Of a stretch of DNA of 32,000 bases, positions 8,559-16,674 are shown piece after piece. Source of the stretch: Candidatus Saccharimonadota bacterium (GTDB lineage: Bacteria > Pseudomonadota > Alphaproteobacteria > CAJXXZ01 > 1604HC); contig NZ_CP043314.1 in assembly GCF_008189525.1 (NCBI RefSeq), positions 240,001 to 272,000 of the forward strand, given 5' to 3'. Below the pieces are notes generated by a model. The model worked only from the letters and a program-made list of their open reading frames with translations, had not been told where the DNA came from and made no database searches. Each line of letters starts with the position of its first letter. Position 1 is the stretch's first letter. The position numbers and the translations under genes were made by a program.

Positions 8559-10181
8559 TTAAGAAATATGTTTGAAAATTTTGTTTTGTATGAATGTTAA
8601 AAAGAAATACCAAATTGTATGTATCATTAACATTGCAGAAACATTAGATAAAAAGAATAAACTTAAAATAAATATCATTACTTTTCTATTATTTGCTGAT
8701 TCAGAGGAATCTTCTCCAGGAGTTTGAAGTAAAATCAAAGAGCTGGAAATTATAGGTAAAATTCCTATTTTGAAAAATTTTGTAATGTCTATACTTACAT
8801 TCCCTAAAATATATGAAAAGGGAATCCAAACTTTATCGAACAAATATTGTATTCCATTAGCTAAATCAAAAGGAAGAAGCCCAAATAAGTTAGTAATTGA
8901 AGTTGGATCGCTAGATGTTAAATCTTTTATCCACAAGAAAGCTTGGTGTCTAGGTTCTATGATTATAGACCATACTGTAGAGAATGAAAAAAGAACAAGA
9001 ATTTGTATTATCATTGGCAGAATGTTACCAAAAGGATTGATATTTTCTTTTCTATATAAAGATAAAGTTTCTTTTTGTATAGAAACTTTGTCCTCTCCAT
9101 ATATTTCACTTAATCTGTCTAATTTAGGTTTTAATTTCTTTATCTTTTTTATTGACATGTATGACTTATAAGAAAGTGGAGAAAATACAAGTACAAATAA
9201 AGTGCTCAAAACAAAAGAAGCAAAAACCATGCTGTTATTTAGTTTTTTACTAATAAATAGTAATGATTTCATGATTAATTTTTTAAGAGACTTCATTACT
9301 CCAAAATGTATTACATCATCCATTTTTCCGATATTATATTGTTTCTTGTACTGTTCTAACATTTCTAGTTTCTTAGGACCTGTAAACAAGTAGAAACTAG
9401 CTGTTTGAGATGTGTTTGGAGATAATTTAATGTTAGGGAAAGTAAGAGTTAGGTTAGATTTATCTTTATTGTAATCTACTGAAACAGGTTGAGAGGAGTG
9501 TATTATAGAACACCAATAATCTTTCTCTAAACCAGCCCAACCATATCCATTGTCTGTTCTAGATCTATTAGATCTTCTTATTTTCTGATCAATTCCTGAA
9601 ACATAAGAAAAATCTTTTGATTTAAGCTCTACTTTCAGATTACCTTCAATATTTTCTTCTTTTTTAGAGTTAAACATAGAGTATTCAAATTTAATAAGAT
9701 AGTCATCTATTATTTGTGAATTTTGTACAAAAATATCTCCAGTTTTATTTTTCCATGTCATAACTGAGGGTTGTTTGCTGGACAGGCTATTTTCCATGCT
9801 CCATTCAGTGTTTTTATTAGGGGCTTGTGTGTTTCCTTCTAAATCCCAATAAGCTCTAAAAAAAGAAGATTTAGGTATTGTTTGTATTAAACTTTCTGAA
9901 TCAATAGTTTTTTTATAATCTTTTAAAGAAACTTCAGATATAATTGCTCCTTTTTTAAAAACCTTTCCAGATATTTTATTGTTTTCTATAGGTTTGTAAT
10001 CTCCAGAAGCATAAGGTTCATCTATTTTGGTTACTGGTTTTTTTTGATTAATTACTTTGTTTTCTGATTTATTTTTAAAAACTTTAGAAACCAAGATGTC
10101 TGTTGTAAAATAGGATAGATAAGCAACCATCATAAAAGTTACAAATCTAGGCAATGATTTTAGATTGAATTTTTTGTCCAT
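8559..10181 (-). CDS. yidC: membrane protein insertase YidC
   Basis: N-terminal TM helix, large periplasmic domain, and the conserved core PLSYKSYMSIKKIKKLKPKLDRLSEIYGEDKVSIQKETLSLYRKENINPFGNILPMIIQI (the M-x-x-L-x-P-x-[IL]...Y-[KR]-x-x-x-[IV]-N-P pattern). 540 aa. Confidence 0.9.
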   Translation of the reverse strand: MDKKFNLKSLPRFVTFMMVAYLSYFTTDILVSKVFKNKSENKVINQKKPVTKIDEPYASGDYKPIENNKISGKVFKKGAIISEVSLKDYKKTIDSESLIQTIPKSSFFRAYWDLEGNTQAPNKNTEWSMENSLSSKQPSVMTWKNKTGDIFVQNSQIIDDYLIKFEYSMFNSKKEENIEGNLKVELKSKDFSYVSGIDQKIRRSNRSRTDNGYGWAGLEKDYWCSIIHSSQPVSVDYNKDKSNLTLTFPNIKLSPNTSQTASFYLFTGPKKLEMLEQYKKQYNIGKMDDVIHFGVMKSLKKLIMKSLLFISKKLNNSMVFASFVLSTLFVLVFSPLSYKSYMSIKKIKKLKPKLDRLSEIYGEDKVSIQKETLSLYRKENINPFGNILPMIIQILVLFSFSTVWSIIIEPRHQAFLWIKDLTSSDPTSITNLFGLLPFDLANGIQYLFDKVWIPFSYILGNVSIDITKFFKIGILPIISSSLILLQTPGEDSSESANNRKVMIFILSLFFLSNVSAMLMIHTIWYFFLTFIQNKIFKHIS

Positions 10182-10356
10182 ATACTAAGAAAGTTACTTC
10201 ATGTAAGTTCTATATTCAAGATATTGATATGAATATATTTTATATTGAGCTTTTTACATACATACTTAAGCTTAAATTTGTAAATTTTAACTTAATATAC
10301 TCAGTAAAAAATAAATAAAGGGTGATTTTTTAATCATATAAATGTAATATTTTTCT

Positions 10357-11055
10357 ATGACTTTTATGGCTTTTATATTTTTCTTTGTTTCTAATTTGGT
10401 TTTTTGTGAATATAAAACATCAATACAAGACAATCTAGATAACATTCTATCTGAGTTACAAACTTTATCAGATAACAAAATTATTTCTAAAGAAGAGTTT
10501 ATAAGTCTTAGAAATAGTATGTTGAATGTAAAAAGAAAAGTGAATTTCTTAATGATAAATAGTAAGGTTAAAACTTTAAAGTACGATTCATTTATAGAAA
10601 CAATTACAGGATTTTTACCAACGCCAAGTGCATCTCATAATATGGAAGAATATGAATACAAAATGTATTTAAAAGAAGCTATAAAGGCTATGAGCAAAAG
10701 AGACTTTGAGTCAGCTAAGCGTAAGTTTGACTATCTAAGAGTTAACCAAACATATGACTTAGCTATATGCTACTATTGGATTGGTTTTATTAATTTTAAT
10801 CAAAATAATTTAGATGATGCAATTATGAATTTTGGTATTTTTTGTAAAATTATGGATCAAAATAATAAATCTGAATTTTATTTGAAAAACAAATCAAAGA
10901 TATACAGAGCATTGATGAGCATGATGAAAATCTATTATAAAAAGAATGAATTTGTAAAAGCAAAATCACTTCTTAAAAAAATAAAGCATGATCATTTAGA
11001 TGAGATAAAAAGTGTTTCAGATAAAGCTATAGTAAATTCTGTTTCTTTAGCGTAG
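10357..11055 (+). CDS. exported TPR-like protein, possibly YbgF/CpoB-like
   Basis: Signal-like N-terminus (MTFMAFIFFFVSNLVFC), a helical middle segment, and a C-terminal half with TPR-like A/Y/F spacing (YKMYLKEAIKAMSKRDFESAKRKFDYL ... YYWIGFINFNQNNLDDAIMNF ... ALMSMMKIYYKKNEFVKAKSLLKKI). The family assignment is weak. Confidence 0.4.
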   Translation: MTFMAFIFFFVSNLVFCEYKTSIQDNLDNILSELQTLSDNKIISKEEFISLRNSMLNVKRKVNFLMINSKVKTLKYDSFIETITGFLPTPSASHNMEEYEYKMYLKEAIKAMSKRDFESAKRKFDYLRVNQTYDLAICYYWIGFINFNQNNLDDAIMNFGIFCKIMDQNNKSEFYLKNKSKIYRALMSMMKIYYKKNEFVKAKSLLKKIKHDHLDEIKSVSDKAIVNSVSLA

Positions 11056-11333
11056 TCGGTTTTTGATTAATTAAACCTTGAGAAGTAGGTTTTTTAGAAA
11101 TTAGATGGATTCTTTGTTTGAAGTTCAGTCCAATTCCCAAATTATTTTATATATGTATAGAGTTTATAGATACTTACTACTAAAAGAATTTATTTATATA
11201 AAATATCCAATATTCTTTGCAAGGTTAAGGTTAGTGATTTATAAGTTTTATTGAGTTTTAATGTAATTTTTTACTAAACAAAGCATAAAATTATCTAAAA
11301 TTTAATTAAATTTTGTAAAAATTGTGAAAAAAC

Positions 11334-11363
11334 TTGAAATCTTATGGTGTGTTTTTGTAATAC
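11334..11363 (+). promoter_or_regulatory. candidate sigma70-type promoter for the head-gene cluster
   Basis: TTGAAA (11334-11339), an 18-nt spacer, then TAATAC (11358-11363), about 70 nt upstream of the portal ATG. AT-rich DNA gives many chance matches. Confidence 0.3.
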
Positions 11364-11376
11364 TAGTAAATGTAGG

Positions 11377-11390
11377 GTGCAAGTTTGCAC
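11377..11390 (+). promoter_or_regulatory. GC-containing inverted repeat in the portal 5' leader (operator or RNA hairpin candidate)
   Basis: GTGCAA-GT-TTGCAC has perfect 6-bp arms. It can be extended imperfectly to AGGGTGCA/TGCAC(T)CCT. It stands out in a 379-bp otherwise AT-rich spacer, between the candidate -10 and the ATG at 11435. Confidence 0.35.
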
Positions 11391-11434
11391 TCCTATAAAA
11401 AAACTTCACAAAAGGATAAAAATGGGAATTACTT

Positions 11435-12493
11435 ATGAACTTAATTCATAGAGTTTTTCCGTATCTACAGAGAAAAGATAAAAACACTAAATGTGATTTT
11501 ATACCAAACCTAATGAATGTTAATTCATTTTCTGGTGGTTCTATGTGTAAACAAGATTTTAAAAATATAATCGTTTATAGATGTATTTCTCTTATATCAA
11601 GAAACATAGCTAATATTAAATGCTTCTTGTATGATTCGGAAAATAATAAAGTTAGCAACAATTATGTATCCAATTTGCTTATAAAGCCAAATGGGTACGA
11701 AACTTGGTTCGAGTTTGTAGAAAATTTGGTAACAAATCTTTGTTTGCATGGAAATGCTTATACTTATTTGGAGTCAGGTGAACATGGATATGAAATGTAT
11801 AACTTGAATCCAGAAAATGTAGAGATACTGAAAAATAAATATGGTCATGCTGAATCTTATAAAATCAAGGAAGAAAAAAATAAATATAACGTTTATAATT
11901 CATCTGAAATAATGCATATAAAGTTCAATAATCCTTATTGTCCTTGGGTTGGCTTGAGCCCAATGGGGTGCATAAAAGAATCTGTAAGGTTTTATGATAG
12001 TGTTACAAAACATAATCAATCAATTTTAGATAATGGTGGAAGACCTTCTGGAGCTTTTATATTGAAAAATAAAGTGGATGACTATGAGTTTGAAAAGCTA
12101 AAAAATAGCATAGCTTTGTCACACAAAGGAAAAGGAAACGCAGGCTCAATAATTTTACTGCAGTCTGATGTGGATTGGAAAGATTTAAGTATATCTTCTA
12201 AAGATATGGATTTTAATGTAGGAAAAAATATTGCTGCTAGAGAAATTTGTCAGGCTTTCGGAGTTCCTCCGGTAATGTTAGGTTTGCAAGATGCATCCTT
12301 TTCTAACTACAAAGAAGCTAGGTTGCATTTCTGGGAAGATACTTTGCTTCCTATGGCAAATAAAATATTACAAAAGATAAATGATCTGGTTTGGGTAAAC
12401 TTATCTGAAAAAGATTCTAGTTTAGAGAAGTTTTCTATAAAACCTGACTTCTCTTCTGTGCCAGCTTTGTCTGCAAAAAGCGAAAATGCATAA
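11435..12493 (+). CDS. phage portal protein, HK97 family (RcGTA g3-like)
   Basis: LHGNAYTYLE and CQAFGVPPVMLGLQDASFSNYKEARLHFWEDTLLPMANKI are the hallmark HK97-family portal blocks. 352 aa. Confidence 0.9.
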   Translation: MNLIHRVFPYLQRKDKNTKCDFIPNLMNVNSFSGGSMCKQDFKNIIVYRCISLISRNIANIKCFLYDSENNKVSNNYVSNLLIKPNGYETWFEFVENLVTNLCLHGNAYTYLESGEHGYEMYNLNPENVEILKNKYGHAESYKIKEEKNKYNVYNSSEIMHIKFNNPYCPWVGLSPMGCIKESVRFYDSVTKHNQSILDNGGRPSGAFILKNKVDDYEFEKLKNSIALSHKGKGNAGSIILLQSDVDWKDLSISSKDMDFNVGKNIAAREICQAFGVPPVMLGLQDASFSNYKEARLHFWEDTLLPMANKILQKINDLVWVNLSEKDSSLEKFSIKPDFSSVPALSAKSENA

Positions 12494-12629
12494 AATATGC
12501 TTAATGTATCACATATCCAATTAATATTATGAATATTATTTAAAACAATTAAACGAACAAAAAATAGGAGGTTTTATAATTAAATTATTAACTTATTCTA
12601 AAAAAGGTGGAGCCTTAGAAATAGAAGAA

Positions 12630-13214
12630 ATGGATTCCAATTTTGACAACATATCCGAAGAATTCTCAAAAATATGGGACTTTGTTTTATATCAGAAGAA
12701 AAATTTTAATGACATGGAGAAGAAATTGTCTGGGTTATTTGCAAAAATTGGTTCTGTCGTAGATCAGAAAATGGATAAGACAAATGAAAATGTAGATTCA
12801 GGAAATGAAAGAGATACAGGTGTAAATCTAATTGTAAGAGAGTCATCATTATCACAAGGCATGAAAAAAGATTTTGAAGAAGAGGATGATTACTATATTG
12901 AAAAGCAAAGTGATGAAATTGTAATTTATTCAAAGTCAGAGAATTCAAAGTGCTCAATAAATTTAGATAGGCTTTATGGTGAAGCTTTTAATATGAAGTT
13001 TGATGAAAACAAGCCTAAATCTTTCACGGGGCACAGGGATAAAATAGAAATAAAAAAATTGGTAAGTGAGTCAGAATTAGAGTCTTTGAGAAGATCTCTA
13101 GAATCTGGAGGCGTAGAAAATAAAGAAGAAAGTGCCTGTGTGTATATATTTGATGGAAAAGCATATTTCTATTATAAAGAAGAAAAAGAATTGAGTTATG
13201 AGAGCTTTGAGTAG
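12630..13214 (+). CDS. acidic hypothetical protein inserted between portal and protease
   Basis: 194-aa ORF, D/E/K/S-rich, with no motif I recognise. Its 3' end overlaps the protease start by 17 nt. The frame is open upstream to 12525, and a strong AGGAGG (12566-12571) is followed by ATA/ATT at 12576/12579, so the true start may be non-canonical and earlier. Confidence 0.55.
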   Translation: MDSNFDNISEEFSKIWDFVLYQKKNFNDMEKKLSGLFAKIGSVVDQKMDKTNENVDSGNERDTGVNLIVRESSLSQGMKKDFEEEDDYYIEKQSDEIVIYSKSENSKCSINLDRLYGEAFNMKFDENKPKSFTGHRDKIEIKKLVSESELESLRRSLESGGVENKEESACVYIFDGKAYFYYKEEKELSYESFE

Positions 13215-13620
13215 TGGTCTTAATGAAAATGAATTTATTGTGCAAGGGTATGCAAGTACATTTAATTTCAAAGATGGTCAGAGTGATATAATAAAACCAG
13301 GTGCTTTTGATAGTAAGAAAATAGATATTCCAAAAATAAAAATGCTTTGGAAACATGATATTATGAAGCCAATAGGGTATTGGTACGAAATGTTTGAAGA
13401 TGAGTGTGGGTTGTTCGTAAAAGGTAAAGTGTTTAGAAATCTATCTTTTGGAGAGCAAATTTGTAATTTTATAAAACACTCTTTTGTAAAAGGTTTGTCA
13501 ATAGGATATATACCAACTTCATTTCAAACATTTAAAAATTGTAGAATAATATCTAAGTTAAAGCTTTATGAAATATCAGTAGTTACAAATCCTGCTAATG
13601 AAAAAGCAAAAATAATCTGA
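13198..13620 (+). CDS. HK97-family prohead (maturation) serine protease (RcGTA g4-like)
   Basis: GYASTFNFKDGQSDIIKPGAFD, KMLWKHD (catalytic His context), KGLSIGY (catalytic Ser context) and a C-terminal EISVVTNPANEKAKI. 140 aa. Confidence 0.85.
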   Translation: MRALSSGLNENEFIVQGYASTFNFKDGQSDIIKPGAFDSKKIDIPKIKMLWKHDIMKPIGYWYEMFEDECGLFVKGKVFRNLSFGEQICNFIKHSFVKGLSIGYIPTSFQTFKNCRIISKLKLYEISVVTNPANEKAKII

Positions 13621-13667
13621 GTTAATCTAAATAAATTATGTTAATTGTTCTTTCTTGAAAGGGAAAA

Positions 13668-14780
13668 ATGAATATATTAAACAACAAAAACAGTCTAAAA
13701 AAGAATGTAAATACCTTTGGTGGTATGAGTTTTGATGGTGGAAGGTTTGAAGGTTCTAATTTGGAAAAACAATTAGATTCTGAGAAGCAACCTAAATCTG
13801 AAGAAATTCCTTCTAATATAGAGAAAAAATCTTATGGAGCTCCTCAAACTTGGGGATCCTCTGAAACTGAGTCAGTATCAAGTATAGCAAAGTATATTGC
13901 AGGTAATTTTTCTGATATAGAAACTAAATCAATGTCTAATTCATTTTTTAATAGTATAAGTACAAATAGAAATGGACATTATGTGCCTGATGAGTCAGGG
14001 GAAATTCTTCTAGAGAATGATTATTACTTCTCTCCAATAAGATCTAGAGCTAGAACTATATTTTCAGATAGAACTACATGTACTGTTAACAAATTTAACT
14101 CACCTGAAGTTACAGAAACTGATCCTAGCACGCCTTACCAAATTGGAACTAAAAAGCTAGAGCTATCAAAAGAAACTCTCAGTATGCATGCGTTGCAAAT
14201 TTGTATACCTGTTTCTCAAAATTCAGATGAAATTCATTCGATTGTGGATTTCGAAGAAGCAGTTAATAGAAAAATGTGCACTGAACTTTCTGAAAGAGAA
14301 AGAAACTTATTTATATCTGGAGTTGATGGAAAAATAGATAGCATTATACCTTCAGAATCTCAAACTATGACAGGTAAGCTAGATGATAACTATATTTCTC
14401 TTAGAAAAATGCTTACAAAGCTGGAGCTGAAATATCATAAGAATGCAGTTTGGTTTATGACACCAGAAACATATTATGAAAAAGTTCTAGGCCTTTCTGA
14501 TGCAAATAAGCGTCCTATATTGAATATGGATCAAATAAGCTCTGACTGTAATTCAATATTCGGAAAAGAAGTTGTTTTTGTAGAGGAGTTAAGAGGTTCA
14601 GGATGTGATATCATTCTTGCTGACTTAGAATCTGGTTATCTGATCTGCGAAAATAAAAATATTTTCTATCAAGAGGATCCATTTAGTGAGAAACCTATGG
14701 TACTTCATTACATGAGAAAATATATGTGTTCAAAAGTAATTGATGAAAAAGCTTTTGTAGGTTTTAAGGAATCTGCATAA
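13668..14780 (+). CDS. phage major capsid protein, HK97 family (RcGTA g5-like)
   Basis: The C-terminal block ADLESGYLICENKNIFYQEDPFSEKPMVLHYMRKYMCSKVIDEKAFVGFK follows the GTA/HK97 capsid pattern (GDF-x-GY-x-I-x-[DE]-[RK]...[RQ]-[DE]-[DP]-[YF]-[ST]-x-KP-x-V-x-[FH]-Y...A-x-x-x-[LF]-K). The N-terminal roughly 100 aa are S/E/K-rich and delta-domain-like. The gene sits immediately after the protease. Confidence 0.88.
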   Translation: MNILNNKNSLKKNVNTFGGMSFDGGRFEGSNLEKQLDSEKQPKSEEIPSNIEKKSYGAPQTWGSSETESVSSIAKYIAGNFSDIETKSMSNSFFNSISTNRNGHYVPDESGEILLENDYYFSPIRSRARTIFSDRTTCTVNKFNSPEVTETDPSTPYQIGTKKLELSKETLSMHALQICIPVSQNSDEIHSIVDFEEAVNRKMCTELSERERNLFISGVDGKIDSIIPSESQTMTGKLDDNYISLRKMLTKLELKYHKNAVWFMTPETYYEKVLGLSDANKRPILNMDQISSDCNSIFGKEVVFVEELRGSGCDIILADLESGYLICENKNIFYQEDPFSEKPMVLHYMRKYMCSKVIDEKAFVGFKESA

Positions 14781-15304
14781 TGCTTTTAGATTTACATTGT
14801 GAGAAAAAGTATGATTCGATTCCTATAAACATACAGTTTGTAAGAAAATGCTTTAACGTGCATGAAGACTTGGAAGATTCTTATATTGAAAAGTTATTGA
14901 AAATAGCTTGTGAAAAACTAGAATCTATAACTGGATCTTCAGTTATTGAAAAAGATTGGGTTTTGACAGCAAAAAGGGTTGAGATCAAGTTGTTTAAAGG
15001 TCCAGTGAGAAATGTTTCTAGTATATCTGTAAAGACTAGAAATGGAACATACAAAACAATACCAGTTGAAGATTATTATCAGAAAATTAATTTAGGAAAT
15101 AGAATTATAATCTTAAGTGAAAAGTATATGGATAAAATAATTAAAGTTAATTATTCTGCTGGGTACAGGGTAAATGAGCTGCCTGGAGATTTAGAAAGTT
15201 ATATTTTGAGAATGTTCGGAGATTTATACAATGGGAATATGGAAAGTAAAGCTGAAGAATATAAAGTTAGTAAGTCATATACAATGAACGAAATAAGAAT
15301 ATAG
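14780..15304 (+). CDS. gp6-like head-tail connector protein (RcGTA g6-like)
   Basis: The pattern FVRKCFNVHEDLEDSYIEKLLKIACEKLESITGSSVIEKDW...IKLFKGPVRNVSSISVKTRNG...IPVEDYY matches the family layout (D-D-x-x-I-x-x-L-I-x-A-A...E-x-x-T-G-x-x-[LI]...W...L-x-x-x-P-V-x-S-V-x-S-V). Its start overlaps the capsid stop (TAATG). Confidence 0.7.
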   Translation: MLLDLHCEKKYDSIPINIQFVRKCFNVHEDLEDSYIEKLLKIACEKLESITGSSVIEKDWVLTAKRVEIKLFKGPVRNVSSISVKTRNGTYKTIPVEDYYQKINLGNRIIILSEKYMDKIIKVNYSAGYRVNELPGDLESYILRMFGDLYNGNMESKAEEYKVSKSYTMNEIRI

Positions 15305-15306
15305 CA

Positions 15307-15705
15307 ATGATATTTAGGAATAATATACCTATGAAGAATATACTGAATGGATCTGTTCCATCAATGCATCATAGAATTTCTGTAATGTCTATTAAAACTT
15401 CTACTGAAAATAAGCTTCTGTCTAATGAATTTTGTATGACTGGAGAAAAGTTTTGGGGATATATACACTCTTCATCAATAGTGAAAAAGAAAAATAATGT
15501 TTTTGATAACTTCTTTGTAATAATATCTAATATTTCAGAAAAATGTTTGATAAGCAGTGGTTTTAATTGGAAAAATAGGTACTTTCAAAGGTATTCTAGG
15601 ATTCAACCGATTAATCAAAATGTTGGATATGTGTACGTAAAAGATATAACTGAAAATGGTTTAGAGCAGGTTAGCTTTAATGAACAGTACTTTTCTTTTC
15701 CTTGA
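15307..15705 (+). CDS. probable head-tail adaptor / head-closure protein (RcGTA g7 position)
   Basis: It starts 2 nt after the connector stop and has the right size (132 aa). The HHRISVMS...FWGYIH pattern loosely resembles the family's R-I-x-[IL]...[VF]-W-A motif. The call rests mostly on position. Confidence 0.5.
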   Translation: MIFRNNIPMKNILNGSVPSMHHRISVMSIKTSTENKLLSNEFCMTGEKFWGYIHSSSIVKKKNNVFDNFFVIISNISEKCLISSGFNWKNRYFQRYSRIQPINQNVGYVYVKDITENGLEQVSFNEQYFSFP

Positions 15706-15777
15706 TTCTTATGCTCTGAACTCTGAAAAACAAAAAGTTCATAAACAATAATATAAAAAATCAAAGTGGGTGAAAAA

Positions 15778-16104
15778 ATGTATGAATTACTAGAAGACGT
15801 TTGGAAAGAAATTAGAAAAGAGATTGGTAATGTTTATTTAGGTGATAAGGTTTGCGAGTTTGATAAGAGTTGCTCTGTCTCAATAAAAAGTTTTGTGAAA
15901 AATTTAGATTATATAAATGTGAAAATATCATGCTGCTTTAATTTTAAGAAAAAAGACAGTGAATATTATGAACAGATGATTAACTTGGAAAGTAATATAC
16001 ACAACCTAAAAAATAATATTTTGATAAAAGATTTAAAAACTAAAATAGATTTAGAAAAGTCTAAAGTGGATATATTTATTATTAAAGAAATTAAACAAAG
16101 CTAG
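15778..16104 (+). CDS. small hypothetical protein in the RcGTA g8 (DUF3168-like) position
   Basis: 108 aa from the ATG at 15778, which has GGTG about 7 nt upstream; the ORF track starts at a GTG at 15766. The call is positional only, with no convincing motif. Confidence 0.35.
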   Translation: MYELLEDVWKEIRKEIGNVYLGDKVCEFDKSCSVSIKSFVKNLDYINVKISCCFNFKKKDSEYYEQMINLESNIHNLKNNILIKDLKTKIDLEKSKVDIFIIKEIKQS

Positions 16105-16215
16105 TTTCAAAAAACTCAATAAATCAAATAATTAAAAACTAAAATAAATTACAGCAAATAATATTTAATTTAAAGTAATATTTGTTAATTTATCAAAAAA
16201 GAAAGAGAGTAGTGT

Positions 16216-16674
16216 TTGATCGAAATAAAGGATCTGTTAAAAGATCGTAGTGAAATTATAAGCGGAGATTGCTCATTATTATTGAACTCTAATAATATTC
16301 GTAATTTAGAAGGAGCTTTAATGCATGATTCAAATTCATGCTCAAACAAGTACCAGATTAAAATAAGTGGTGAATCAGATCTTCCAGAGATTTTCCTAAA
16401 TGGTGAGCTTCTAATAAAATCTCCTATAAGATTTTTTCAATTCGTAAATAAAGAAGAAAAAATAATGTTTAATAGAAAACCTGCTGAAGGATCTATACTG
16501 TTTTCAAAGAGAGATCAAATTACAAAAACAAATGTTCTTGTAGAAGAGGACTATCGTCCTGGGTGCGATGGTAAGGTAAATTACAAGCCACTATTTAATG
16601 TTTTTGTTAAAAGCATATCTTGTGACTTTAAAAATTTAGAAACAAGATGGGCAGTTGTTTTGGATGAGAAATGA
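16216..16674 (+). CDS. hypothetical protein (152 aa), unassigned
   Basis: TTG start preceded by AGAGAG. It is separated from the previous gene by a 111-bp AT-rich spacer, and its stop overlaps the next start (ATGA). No tail-tube or other family motif is recognisable. Confidence 0.45.
   Translation: MIEIKDLLKDRSEIISGDCSLLLNSNNIRNLEGALMHDSNSCSNKYQIKISGESDLPEIFLNGELLIKSPIRFFQFVNKEEKIMFNRKPAEGSILFSKRDQITKTNVLVEEDYRPGCDGKVNYKPLFNVFVKSISCDFKNLETRWAVVLDEK

Noticed and set aside
8927-8935. Perfect DnaA-box 9-mer TTATCCACA.
   Set aside because: It is a single copy inside the yidC coding sequence, with no cluster of boxes and no adjacent AT-rich unwinding element context. One chance occurrence in 32 kb is not remarkable.
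10182-10356. The divergent strand switch (minus-strand block 4579-10181, plus-strand block 10357-28480) as a possible replication origin.
   Set aside because: The 175-bp spacer has no DnaA boxes or repeated 9-mers and no dnaA, dnaN, hemE or parAB neighbours. Gene-orientation switches are common and not diagnostic on their own. A whole-genome GC-skew plot would be needed.
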